Both the position numbers and the translations under genes were made by a program. A stretch of 64,000 nucleotides of DNA from an uncultured Gemmataceae bacterium (GTDB lineage: Bacteria; Planctomycetota; Planctomycetia; Gemmatales; Gemmataceae). The stretch is from assembly GCA_963750165.1 (NCBI GenBank), contig CAVVPN010000003.1, forward strand, positions 3,264,001 through 3,328,000, written 5' to 3'. The notes under the pieces were generated by a model that did no database searches, was not told where the DNA came from, and was given only the letters and a program-made list of their open reading frames with translations. Positions 29,676 to 39,019 of this stretch are shown in pieces. Positions within the stretch are counted from its first letter, which is position 1; every line of letters starts with the position of its first letter.

Positions 29676-31592
29676 ATGGGGATTCAGGAAGCGCATCCCG
29701 CGCCCACCGTTCCGGTCAACCCATACGGCATCCGCGGCGGCGACCCCAACGCCCGGACCATCGCGGGCCTGAAATTGCTGCGGACACGCGGCGTACTCAA
29801 CGAGGCCAGCGAGCAGCTGGCCGTCGAAGGTTCCGTGCCGCCGGAGGTGCTGGCACTCATCCCCGGCTCGGTGGCGCGTGAGAACGTCATCATGCCGCTG
29901 CACTTCGATGGCGAAACCATCACCGTCGCCGCCGTCAACCCCAGCGACATCGCGACGGCGGACAAGTTGCGGTTCATTCTCGCCAAGGATGTCAAGCTGG
30001 TGCCCGCCCGGCGCGAGGTCATCCTGGAGATGATCGACCGCCATTACCCCGCCGCCGAAACGGAATCGGTGGACAGCATGTTGCAGGAGTTCACGGATAC
30101 CGCCATCGATTTCGGGAAGAACGAAACCTCCCTGGACCTGGCCGGCAGCCCCATGCGGGAGATGAGGCAAGTCAGTTTGTACGACCGCTTGAGAAACGCC
30201 CGCCGTTCCCTGGGCAAAGGCGTCGTTGAGTTCAAGAAGGGCGTCAAGGGGCTGAAGGATGAGGACGCGGGATTTGAATGCTCCTTGTTGGAAGACCTTG
30301 CGGATGAAGAACCCCTGCTCCCCGGCCAGGACCCCACGCGGCGAATCGGAGGCACCGGCATGTTTCACTACACCGTCGAGGAAGGGCAGCGCGTGCTGAT
30401 GTGGCGGCGCGACGGCACCATGCACATCATCGTCGGCCCGCGGCGCGTCTGGCGCGGCTGGAGCACGTTCCAACCGATGAAGCACTTCGTCGCGCACCCG
30501 GACAAGTTCCTGATGGTCCGCTTCCGCGACGGCCGTCAGGAGCACCTACCCGGACCCGCCGACATCTGGCTGGACCCGCGTATCCACCAGCAGATCACCG
30601 TCGAGGACGCGCTGCCGCTGGCCGCGAAGGAGGCGGTCGTCGTCTACACCAAGGCCCCGGACAGCGCCGCCGTGTCGCGCCGGTTGGTGTTCGGCCCGGC
30701 GCTGTTCGTGCCGCAGCCCGGCGAATGGCTGCACACGTTTTCCTGGCACGCCTCGAAGGGCGGATCGAAGGGAGTGCAGAAGGTGCCCAATGGACTGGTC
30801 TTCCAGAAGCTGTGGCTGATGCCGGACCAGATGTACCATGACGTGACGGACGTGCGCACCGCCGACGACGCGCTGCTGACGATCCGGCTGATGATCTTCT
30901 TCGAGCTGATCGACATCGAGCGGATGCTGGACGCGACGCACGACCCGATTGGCGACTTCGTCAACGCCGCCAGCAGCGATGTGGTCGCGTTCACCGGCCG
31001 TCACGATTTCGAGCGCTTCAAGGGCGTGACGCACCAGTTGAACGACCTGGAGAGCTACCCACAGTTGACCGGCCGGGCGGCGCAGTGCGGCTATCGCATC
31101 AACAAGGTGGTGTATCGCGGTTACGGGGCGGCGGCGTCGCTGCAGGCGATGCACGACCAGGCCATCGAGGCGCGGACGCGGCTGCAGCTGGACCGGGCGA
31201 CCGAGCAGCAGGCGCAGGAGCTGGAGAATTACAAGCTGGACTGTCAGCTGGCCCGCGCCGGCAAGCGGCGGCTGGAGCAGGTGGGCGAGGTGGAGCACGA
31301 CCTGGAGCTGGCCCGCCGGCGCCAGGAGGCGGAACTGCGGCAGCGCGAGGCGCAGATGGCGTTCGTGCGTGAGAAGGCGCGTCAGGACGCGGAGTTGCGG
31401 TTGACGATCCGCCGCGGCCAGGACGCCCAGCAGCGCGAGCACCTGGCGGCGCTGCGCGAGATGAGCGTGGACCTGACCGCGTATCTGACGCAGCATCGCG
31501 CCGACCGCGTGATCGAGCTGCGCGGCACGGCGGCGCCGCACGTCCACCTGGACCAGCTGACGGTCAACGGCAAGGAAGCGGGGAAGGACTGA
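29676..31592 (+). CDS. GspE/PilB N-terminal domain fused to a major-vault-protein-like region (vault-type repeats, SPFH shoulder, coiled coil)
   Basis: N-terminus LIPGSVARENVIMPL..TVAAVNP..DKLRFIL..IDRHY. C-terminus AVVVY..RRLVFGP..LWLMPD..DVRTADDALLTIRL..DPIGDFVNA..DFERF, then a long charged helix. Confidence 0.75.
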   Translation: MGIQEAHPAPTVPVNPYGIRGGDPNARTIAGLKLLRTRGVLNEASEQLAVEGSVPPEVLALIPGSVARENVIMPLHFDGETITVAAVNPSDIATADKLRFILAKDVKLVPARREVILEMIDRHYPAAETESVDSMLQEFTDTAIDFGKNETSLDLAGSPMREMRQVSLYDRLRNARRSLGKGVVEFKKGVKGLKDEDAGFECSLLEDLADEEPLLPGQDPTRRIGGTGMFHYTVEEGQRVLMWRRDGTMHIIVGPRRVWRGWSTFQPMKHFVAHPDKFLMVRFRDGRQEHLPGPADIWLDPRIHQQITVEDALPLAAKEAVVVYTKAPDSAAVSRRLVFGPALFVPQPGEWLHTFSWHASKGGSKGVQKVPNGLVFQKLWLMPDQMYHDVTDVRTADDALLTIRLMIFFELIDIERMLDATHDPIGDFVNAASSDVVAFTGRHDFERFKGVTHQLNDLESYPQLTGRAAQCGYRINKVVYRGYGAAASLQAMHDQAIEARTRLQLDRATEQQAQELENYKLDCQLARAGKRRLEQVGEVEHDLELARRRQEAELRQREAQMAFVREKARQDAELRLTIRRGQDAQQREHLAALREMSVDLTAYLTQHRADRVIELRGTAAPHVHLDQLTVNGKEAGKD

Positions 31593-31597
31593 CGACC

Positions 31598-31885
31598 ATG
31601 CCCATCGAAATCAAGTGGACCGACACCGACCCGGACAGCGGCCAGCGCCGCTTCCTGTGCGCCGACAAGTTCGCGGGCGCGTGGCGCTTCAAGTGGAAGT
31701 TGCAGCGCCGCGGCGAATGGACGCGCGGCCTGGAGCCGACGCTGGAAATGTGGGAGCACGTCCTGGACAGCCTGCAGCGCCGCTACCGCCGCCGCGAGGG
31801 CGTCAGCGACGAAGATCTCGCGCAGGTCGAAAAAATCCTCAAAGAGCTGCGCCAGCGCCTCGCCAAGCTGGAAGAGGAAGACTGA
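31598..31885 (+). CDS. Small basic/aromatic hypothetical protein, probably co-transcribed with the vault-like gene
   Basis: Starts 5 bp after the upstream stop; MPIEIKWTDTDP..WEHVLDSLQRRYRRRE; typical codon usage. Confidence 0.75.
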   Translation: MPIEIKWTDTDPDSGQRRFLCADKFAGAWRFKWKLQRRGEWTRGLEPTLEMWEHVLDSLQRRYRRREGVSDEDLAQVEKILKELRQRLAKLEEED

Positions 31886-31993
31886 CCTGCCGCCTGCCAC
31901 CGTGCCGCGGCGTTGCCGTCGCGGCCGGCGGCGCATTACGAAGTGGTCGGGCCGCCCACCTCGTAATGCGCCGCGGCCATCGGGAGGGGGCGG

Positions 31994-33940
31994 CTAGCGG
32001 TTTCGCTCCACGAATCCGCCACCCTGGATGTTCCCAACCTTGACCCACACGCCCTTCGGCACTTGCAACCCCTTCAGTTCCTGTTCGATCTCCCCGACCA
32101 CGGCTGCGGCCGTGCGCCCCTCGACGTTGACGCGGACGGTGAAAACGCGGGCCCCATCACTGTGGTGGATTTCCACCGGCACCTTACTCAACTGGATGCT
32201 GGCCACATTGCTCAGCGGAACGGGAGCGTTGATCCTGGCGGAGTCGATCGGTCGGTTGCCGAGGTCGTCCACACCTTTCATGGCTTCACGGAGGTAACGC
32301 AGCACCACGGGGACGGCGGCCCCGGTACTCGACCGAACCGCCGCAGGAAGGGTGACTCCTTCCCGCGTGGCGAACGCCAGTTGGCGGTGGATGTCCTGCT
32401 GGGACAGGCCCAGGGCCGCGGCCTTCGCGGTGTCGATCCTGATCTGGACGGCGGCCAGGTCGAACCGTTCACCGACGTGGACATCCACGGCGCCCTTGAG
32501 TTTGGCCACACGGTCGCCGAGTTGCTGGGCCAACTTCTCGGCCTGGCCGGGCGCACCGCCGCCCACCCGGAGGGCGATGGGCCAGTCCGCGCCCGCGCCG
32601 GCGTGGAAGCTGGCCTGCAGCGCGGGGAACTCCTTCCGGAACAGGCCGCGCAGGGTGCGGAGATACTCCGGCGCCTTCGCGGCGTGCGCCGGCGTCAGCC
32701 GCAGCCGGAGCGTGGCGTCCTGGGGGCCGTCGTTTTCCCAGGAGAGGGCCGGGCCGGCCGCGGGCACGCCCAGGTCGGTGAGCAGGAAGGCACGCGCCTC
32801 GGCCGGGATCGTCTTCTCCAGAAACGCCTCCACCGCCGCGACCTGTTTCTCCGTTTCCTCCAGGCTGGTGCCGGTAGCCGCGCGGAGGTGAATGGTGATG
32901 AGACCGTGCCCTCGCGCCTGGCCTTCCGTCCCGAAGTCCAGGACGTGCAGGGTGGCTCCCTCCGGCAACTGCTTGCGGACGACCGGGACGACCCGCTTCA
33001 GGGCCTCGTTGACCTGGGCCGCGCCGGCCCCGCCCCCGGGCGAAAGCAGCACCCCCACCTGACGCCGGCCGTTGAGCCGCAGCAGGGCGGCCGGAGGCGG
33101 GGCGGCGTCTTTCAGGGAGCCGATGTCCCGCAGGAAGATGCGATTCCCGTTGGCCATTTTGACGACGCTGTTGCCGAGCTCCTTGATGTCAAGCTCCCGG
33201 TCTTCCAGGGGCAGCAACTGCTTTCCCACCCGAATCGTGCCCGCCAGCGGCGGCGCCGGGGACGGTTCCAGGGCCTGCAGCACCGCTGCCGCGGACACTT
33301 TCAGCGCGCGCATGCGCATCGGATCCAGGAATACCTCCAACACCCTTCCCCCGGGGTTGGGCGCCTGCCGGACCACCACGGGCAGCGGGGCGAGTGCGTC
33401 CACGACCAGCCGGCGGACCAGTTCCTCGCGCTGGACCTGGTTCAGGGCGGGGTGGTCGAGGACCAGGGCGGCGACGGGCAGCGGGTCGGCCGGGTTGAAC
33501 CGGAACACCTGCGGCGCGGCCGTGCCCGCCGGCAAGTCGGGGCGGACGCTCGCCACCAGGCTGACGACCTGCGCCAGGGCGACGCCCGGCACGATGTCGT
33601 CGCGGAATTGCACGCGGATGCTGCACAGCCCGGTGACCGATCGGGATTCGACGTGCCGCAGCCCGTCGGCGCCGCGCAGGAGCCGTTCGACGGGGCTGGT
33701 GATGGTGCGCTCGACGGCGTCGGCGGCCAGCCCGGGGTGGCGAATCAGGACGGCGACGCCGGGCGCGACCTTGGCGGCCGGCTGCGCTTGCTCGGTTTTC
33801 TTGCCAGGCCCCTTCTCCTGGGCGGTCGCCGGCCGGCGGGGAAATCCGCAGGCCGCGAACAGCGCGGCGCCGATCACCAGGCTGCCGAGCGCGACCGATA
33901 CCACCGTGCGGCGATCCTGTAAGGTCTGAAACTTCGGCAT
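31994..33940 (-). CDS. RND (AcrB/CusA-like) periplasmic-domain-only protein
   Basis: PGLAADAVERTITSPVE..ESRS, IFLRDIG, GTSLEETEK, PVPLSNVA..IHHSDG.R. Only one N-terminal hydrophobic segment. GGAG RBS. Confidence 0.75.
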   Translation of the reverse strand: MPKFQTLQDRRTVVSVALGSLVIGAALFAACGFPRRPATAQEKGPGKKTEQAQPAAKVAPGVAVLIRHPGLAADAVERTITSPVERLLRGADGLRHVESRSVTGLCSIRVQFRDDIVPGVALAQVVSLVASVRPDLPAGTAAPQVFRFNPADPLPVAALVLDHPALNQVQREELVRRLVVDALAPLPVVVRQAPNPGGRVLEVFLDPMRMRALKVSAAAVLQALEPSPAPPLAGTIRVGKQLLPLEDRELDIKELGNSVVKMANGNRIFLRDIGSLKDAAPPPAALLRLNGRRQVGVLLSPGGGAGAAQVNEALKRVVPVVRKQLPEGATLHVLDFGTEGQARGHGLITIHLRAATGTSLEETEKQVAAVEAFLEKTIPAEARAFLLTDLGVPAAGPALSWENDGPQDATLRLRLTPAHAAKAPEYLRTLRGLFRKEFPALQASFHAGAGADWPIALRVGGGAPGQAEKLAQQLGDRVAKLKGAVDVHVGERFDLAAVQIRIDTAKAAALGLSQQDIHRQLAFATREGVTLPAAVRSSTGAAVPVVLRYLREAMKGVDDLGNRPIDSARINAPVPLSNVASIQLSKVPVEIHHSDGARVFTVRVNVEGRTAAAVVGEIEQELKGLQVPKGVWVKVGNIQGGGFVERNR

Positions 33941-33970
33941 GGGAGGCTCCTTGTTACGGAACGCGAGCGA

Positions 33971-34702
33971 TCATTGCGGGTCGATGATCGAGAAAAAGCC
34001 GTCCGCCATCAGCCAGCACTGCGGCTCCGGGTGCGCGTCCGGCCAGAAGAACGGCCGCGACAGCCCCAGCCGCACTGCTACCGTATCACCCAGGCCGCGC
34101 ACCGTCGCCGTCAGCCAGGCCGCCTGCCCGTCCGGGTCCGGCGCGGCCTCGGCGGCGCGCAGCAACAGGTGATGGTCCGTCACCGGCAGCGTGCGTTGGC
34201 CCAGGTCGCGCACCGGCAGCGACACCCGCATCCGCACCTCGTCGGAGAATTCGCGGCGCTGGCCGCGGAAGCTGATGTCCTGCGCCGGCACCGCGATGGT
34301 CGTCAGGCTGTACTTGCCGGTGCCGGGGTTGGCGAACGCGGTCGCGCGGCTGGCGTGCAGGGTGGTGCCGAACAGCGGGTCGTTGTTCTGTGCCGTGGCG
34401 GCGAGGATGGCACGGCGCATCTCGACCGGGGCGAAACGGCTGGTCGGCCGCAGCTCGCGCACCCAGGCGTCCTCGGTGTGCGGCGCCGTGGCGTCGGCCC
34501 GCTCCGGCTCGAACAACTCGAACACCTGCCAGCGCTCGTAACCCGCGAGCAAGCAGGATTCCCAACCGAGTTTGAGCGACTCCCAGCCGCGCTGGCCGAC
34601 GGGCAGCGGCCGCACGACGTACAGCCGCTGGCCGTCCACGACGACGCCCGCGAGACAGAAGCACTTGCCCATCCGCGTCCAGTCGAGCAAAATCAAATCC
34701 AC
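33971..34702 (-). CDS. Probable Dual-OB-domain protein
   Basis: N-terminal ILLDWTRMGKCFCLAG..VRPL, PHTED, LPVTD, C-terminal LGLSRPF..CWLMADG. Confidence 0.6.
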   Translation of the reverse strand: MDLILLDWTRMGKCFCLAGVVVDGQRLYVVRPLPVGQRGWESLKLGWESCLLAGYERWQVFELFEPERADATAPHTEDAWVRELRPTSRFAPVEMRRAILAATAQNNDPLFGTTLHASRATAFANPGTGKYSLTTIAVPAQDISFRGQRREFSDEVRMRVSLPVRDLGQRTLPVTDHHLLLRAAEAAPDPDGQAAWLTATVRGLGDTVAVRLGLSRPFFWPDAHPEPQCWLMADGFFSIIDPQ

Positions 34703-34758
34703 GGCGAACCCCCCTTCCGCAAGACGGTTCGCCCCATCATGGAAAGGGATCGGCGGCG

Positions 34759-35384
34759 ATGCAAATGGAAAACGGCCAGAATGGCGTCTTCTCGATCGGC
34801 TACTCGGTGCATGAGGTGGAGCATTTTCTGCGGCTGCTGCGCCAGGCGGGGGTGACGCTGCTGGCGGACGTGCGTACCCACCCGTCGAGCCGTTACATGC
34901 CGCTCTACAACCGCCCCGACCTGGAGGCGGCGCTGCGCTCCGTGGGCATCGGTTACGTCTTCCTCGGCGATGACCTGGGCGGCCGGCCGCAGTCCCGCGA
35001 ACTGTACGACCCGTCTGGCCGCGTCAATTACGTGCGCACCCGCGCCACCGACTTCTTCCGCCGCGGCCTGGACCGGTTGTGCGCACTGGCGGCGGACGGA
35101 CGCGTGGCGATGATGTGCGGCGAGGAGGATCCGCTGGACTGTCACCGCGGGCTGATGATTACGCCCGCGCTGGGAGAACGCGACGTGGCGCCCTACACCT
35201 GCGCGGCGACGGCAGCGTGGAAACCACCACGGCGCTGGAGGACCGCCTGTTGCGTGCGACGCGATTGGAGAGTCCGCTGTTCGCGCACGACCCGGAGGAG
35301 CGGCGGGAACTGCTGGTGCGGGCGTACCAGGTGATGGCGGGCCGCAAGGCGTTTCGCCGGACGCGCGACGGCGATTCGGATTAA
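34759..35384 (+). CDS. DUF488 family protein, apparent frameshift near 35192
   Basis: SIGYS, LADVRTHPSSR, LGGRP, MMCGEEDPLDCHR; continues as LHLRGDG in the next frame. Confidence 0.85.
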
Positions 35385-35393
35385 CGCGGGAGA

Positions 35394-36536
35394 TCACATC
35401 TTCCCGGGCACCAGTTCATACCGCAGCAACCGGCACGGAATCTTGCCGTTGAACAGCGGCGTCTGCGCCGCCGGCCGCAGGCCCACCTCTTCCGCCAGCA
35501 TGCGGTTGCTGGTGAACACAAACGCCGTCCAGCCCTGGAAGTGCCGCATCAGCACCTCGCCGAGCGTCCGGTACAGCGGCACCAGTTCGTTCTCGTCGCC
35601 GAGCCGTTCGCCGTAGGGCGGGTTGCACAGCAGCGTTCCCGGCGGCCCGGCCGGCGGCCGCACCTGCGGCAGGTCGCGCGTCTCGAAGCGGATCAGATGG
35701 CCGACGCCGGCGGCGCGGGCGTTGCCCTCGGCGAAATGCACCACGTCACGGCGAACGTCCGAGCCGAGCACCGGGGCCGGTAATTGCTTCAGCACCTGCC
35801 GCCGGGCCTCGTCGCGCAGCTCCGACCACAGGCCGATGTCGAAATCCATCCAGCCCTGAAAGCCGAAGCGCTTGCGCGTCAGCCCCGGTGGCCGCCGCAG
35901 CGCCAGCCACGTCGCCTCGATCGGCAGCGTGCCCGAACCGCACAACGGATCGATGAAGGGAGTGTCGCCGCGCCAGCCCGTCAGCAGCACCAGCGCCGCC
36001 GCCAGCGCCTCGTTGAGCGGCGCCTTCGTCAGCACCGGCCGATAGCCGCGCTTGTGCAGCGAATCGCCGGAACTGTCCAGGCTCAGCACGGCCTCGTCGC
36101 GGTAGATGTGCAGGTTCAGGCCGACCATCGGCGTCTCCACGTCCACGCTCGGCCGGCGGCCGCACCTGTCAATGAACTGGTCGCAGATCGCGTCCTTGGT
36201 CTTGAGGGCGGCGTATTTCGAGTGCGTCAGGTGCGAGTCGCGCACGTTGCAATCGACCGCCAGCGTGCGCTCCGGCGTCAGATACTGCGACCAGTCGATG
36301 GTGCGGACGGCCTCGTACAGTTCCTCGGGTGTCGTGACCTGGACCTGCAGGATCGGCCACAGCACACGGATGGCGGTGCGCAGCCAGAGGTTGGCCCGGT
36401 AGAGCAGCGTGCGGTCGCCGGCGAAGCCCACGCCGCCGCGGCCCGCCTCGACCGCTTCAGCGCCCAGCGCCCGCAGTTCGTCCGCCAGCACCGGCTCGAT
36501 GCCGCGGGCACACGTCGCGAAGTAGCGCTCGCGCAC
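35394..36536 (-). CDS. THUMP-domain SAM-dependent rRNA methyltransferase (RlmL-like)
   Basis: LYRANLWLR, LDSSGDSLHKRGYR, APLNEALAA, DPLCGSGT, NPPYGERL. Confidence 0.92.
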   Translation of the reverse strand: MRERYFATCARGIEPVLADELRALGAEAVEAGRGGVGFAGDRTLLYRANLWLRTAIRVLWPILQVQVTTPEELYEAVRTIDWSQYLTPERTLAVDCNVRDSHLTHSKYAALKTKDAICDQFIDRCGRRPSVDVETPMVGLNLHIYRDEAVLSLDSSGDSLHKRGYRPVLTKAPLNEALAAALVLLTGWRGDTPFIDPLCGSGTLPIEATWLALRRPPGLTRKRFGFQGWMDFDIGLWSELRDEARRQVLKQLPAPVLGSDVRRDVVHFAEGNARAAGVGHLIRFETRDLPQVRPPAGPPGTLLCNPPYGERLGDENELVPLYRTLGEVLMRHFQGWTAFVFTSNRMLAEEVGLRPAAQTPLFNGKIPCRLLRYELVPGKM

Positions 36537-36541
36537 GGAGA

Positions 36542-36584
36542 CCCCCTCACCCCCGACCCCTCTCCCCCTTCAGGGGGAGAGGGG
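36542..36584. repeat. CCCCTCACCCC..CCCCTCTCCCC/GGGGAGAGGGG intergenic hairpin
   Basis: 13-bp arms at 36557-36569 and 36572-36584. Confidence 0.7.
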
Positions 36585-36592
36585 AGCAAAGG

Positions 36593-37072
36593 TCACGCCG
36601 GCACCAGGCCCAGCGCCTGCCGTTTTTCCTTTACGAACTTCAGGTGATGCTCGATGTGGCCGGTGATGGTGGTCAGCAGCTTCTCCAGCGTGACCGGGCC
36701 GCGCTCGTTGTGGGCGCCGCTGCGCTGCAGGGCCGCGTCCGGCAGTGTGCGCAGGATGCGGGCCATCTGCTGGCGCGTTTTCTCCAGGAGCGTCAGTTCT
36801 TCTTCCAGGTCGCGCTCGTGGTAGGCCAGGGCCGCGGCGAACCGCTCCTCGCTGGCGCCGAGCAGCGTTGGGCTGTCCTCGGCGATGACGCGTTTCATGC
36901 GGTCGGCGTAGATCGGGTCGAAGTCCGTCAGGTGACAGACAACCTCCAGTGTGCTCCACTTGCCCGGCACCGGCCGCGCCAGCAGTTGCTGCCGGCTCAT
37001 GCCGGCGGTCGCCCGCCGCAAGGCTGAGGTGCCGGCGAGGTAGGCATCGACCAGTTCCGTCATTGCTGCCAT
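36593..37072 (-). CDS. DinB/YfiT family protein
   Basis: PGKWSTLEVVCHL, H..RG, GHIEHH; GGAGG RBS before ATG 37072. Confidence 0.88.
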   Translation of the reverse strand: MAAMTELVDAYLAGTSALRRATAGMSRQQLLARPVPGKWSTLEVVCHLTDFDPIYADRMKRVIAEDSPTLLGASEERFAAALAYHERDLEEELTLLEKTRQQMARILRTLPDAALQRSGAHNERGPVTLEKLLTTITGHIEHHLKFVKEKRQALGLVPA

Positions 37073-37230
37073 GTTCGTTCCTCCGAGGTGTGCCGACTCA
37101 GCGGGGCCCAACGCAGCCCCCCGGCCATTTTACGGAACCGGGCCGGCACGCGCCTCCGCAGATTTGTCGGCTGGTGGACTTGTGAGTACGATGGATTCGT
37201 TGTATCGGTGAAGCGTTTGGGGGAAAGCAT

Positions 37231-37470
37231 ATGGAAAAGACCGATTTGAAGAGCCGCGTGGAACAAGTGCTCGCCGAGCAGGTCGGCCCGGCGCTGCTGA
37301 TCGACGGCACCGCGATTGAGGTGCTTGAGGTGCGCGACGGCATCGCCCAGCTGCGGCTGAACGGCGTCTGCAGCGGTTGCCCGAGCACGCTCATGCTGGT
37401 CATCAACGGCATCGAGCAGGAGTTGCGCCGCCACCTGCCCGAGGTCGAATACATTGAGGCGCTGCCGTGA
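37231..37470 (+). CDS. NifU C-terminal (Nfu) domain protein
   Basis: VGPALLIDG, LRLNGVCSGCPS, GIEQEL. Confidence 0.9.
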   Translation: MEKTDLKSRVEQVLAEQVGPALLIDGTAIEVLEVRDGIAQLRLNGVCSGCPSTLMLVINGIEQELRRHLPEVEYIEALP

Positions 37471-38300
37471 GACTCGGCTACAACACCAACGGCTTCGCCC
37501 ACCACCGCCTGGAGGACGCCCTCGTCATCCTGGCCGAGTTGGGTTACGAGAGCGTTGCGCTGACGCTCGACCACCACGCCCTGCACCCCTACGATCCCGA
37601 TCTGCTCGGCCGCACTTACGAGCTGCGCCGTCTGTTGGAGAGGCTCAGGCTGCGCGTCGTAATCGAGACGGGCGCCCGCTTTCTGCTCGACCCACGGCGG
37701 AAACACCGGCCGACACTCGTCAGCCCCACGGCAGACGAGCGCGCGAAACGGCTCGACTTCCTGCTACTGGCCGCGGACATCGCTTTCGAGTTGGGTGCCG
37801 ACGCCGTCAGCTTCTGGTCCGGCGCGGCCATCGACAGCGCCCCGCCGGATGTGCTGCTGGGCCGTCTGGTGGACGGCTGCCGGCGGCTGTGCGAACACGC
37901 CGAGCGCAAGCGAGTACGGCTGGCGTTCGAGCCGGAACCGGGCATGTTCATCGACACCATGCCGCGCTTCGCCGAACTGCACGAGCGCGTCGGCCATCCC
38001 GCGTTCGGCCTGACGCTCGACATCGGCCACCTGCACTGCCTGGGTGAAACGCCGATCGCGGACCACATTCACCGCTGGCGCGACCGGCTGTGGAACGTTC
38101 ACATCGAGGACATGCGGGCGGCCGTCCACGATCACCTGATGTTCGGCGACGGGGAGATCGACTTCGCGCCGGTGCTGGCGGCGCTGCGGGAGATCGGTTA
38201 CGAAGGGGGAGTGCATGTGGAGTTGAGCCGGCACAGTCACAACGCCGTGGAAACGGCGCGGCGGGCGCTGGCGTTCCTGCGCCAGGTGGCGGAGCGCTAA
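37467..38300 (+). CDS. Sugar phosphate isomerase/epimerase (xylose isomerase-like TIM barrel)
   Basis: LAFEPEPG, TLDIGH, VHIED..HDHL.FG.GEIDF, VELSRH. Confidence 0.88.
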   Translation: MRLGYNTNGFAHHRLEDALVILAELGYESVALTLDHHALHPYDPDLLGRTYELRRLLERLRLRVVIETGARFLLDPRRKHRPTLVSPTADERAKRLDFLLLAADIAFELGADAVSFWSGAAIDSAPPDVLLGRLVDGCRRLCEHAERKRVRLAFEPEPGMFIDTMPRFAELHERVGHPAFGLTLDIGHLHCLGETPIADHIHRWRDRLWNVHIEDMRAAVHDHLMFGDGEIDFAPVLAALREIGYEGGVHVELSRHSHNAVETARRALAFLRQVAER

Positions 38301-38367
38301 GCCGCAAGCGGCAGACCAGAAGGGATGGCGCTGCCTTCCAGCTGTTCTGCCGCTTGCGGCTTAGCGC
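38294..38367. repeat. REP-like 22-bp inverted repeat between convergent genes (possible terminator)
   Basis: GCGCTAAGCCGCAAGCGGCAGA ... TCTGCCGCTTGCGGCTTAGCGC. Confidence 0.75.
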
Positions 38368-38375
38368 GCTGTGCC

Positions 38376-38975
38376 TCAGCTACTCTTGCGGAAGACCGCG
38401 TGGCAGCTGTTGCAGCTGGCGTTCAGCTTGGTCGCGGCGTCCTTGAGATCAGCGGCGCTGCCGCCCTTGGCGGCCTTGGCCATCTCGCGAGCGCCCGCCC
38501 GCATGTCCTCGGACCACTTCATCCAGTCGGCCTTCGTCTGCTTGGCGGTATACTTTTCGTAACCCCGGACGTGGGCCACCTCGGCGATGGCGGCGGTGCG
38601 CCAGGCGGCCTGCTCCAGAGCGGGGCCAAGCTTCTTCGCCTTGGCTTCGGTGATGCCGTCGCGGGCGATAAACCGGATCTGATCCTCGATGCCGTCCGGC
38701 GTGGCCTCGCCCTTCTTGCCGACGCCGAACCCCTTCTTCTTCGAGTTGCGCGGCTTGAAGGCGTACATCACGTCGTCGAGTTCCTCGATCTTCTTGGCCA
38801 GCGCCGCGGCATCCTTCTGGGCGGCGGCCTTGTTGTCCGCTTTCAGGGCCGCGGCGATCTTGTCGATGGCCTTGGCGACCTCCTCGTCGATGACGGCGCC
38901 GCGGGCCGGGGCCAGCAGCAGGTGCAGTGCCAGCAGCCCGCAGGCGGCGGCACTCAGGATGGCGAATTTCCTCAT
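38376..38975 (-). CDS. Class II (cytochrome c'/c556-like) periplasmic cytochrome c
   Basis: Signal peptide MRKFAIL..ARG; helical body; C-terminal CNSCH; GAGGAG RBS. Confidence 0.85.
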   Translation of the reverse strand: MRKFAILSAAACGLLALHLLLAPARGAVIDEEVAKAIDKIAAALKADNKAAAQKDAAALAKKIEELDDVMYAFKPRNSKKKGFGVGKKGEATPDGIEDQIRFIARDGITEAKAKKLGPALEQAAWRTAAIAEVAHVRGYEKYTAKQTKADWMKWSEDMRAGAREMAKAAKGGSAADLKDAATKLNASCNSCHAVFRKSS

Positions 38976-39019
38976 GGGTCCTCCTCGGTCCAGGTTCACG
39001 GATGCTCGCCGCCCCGGCG

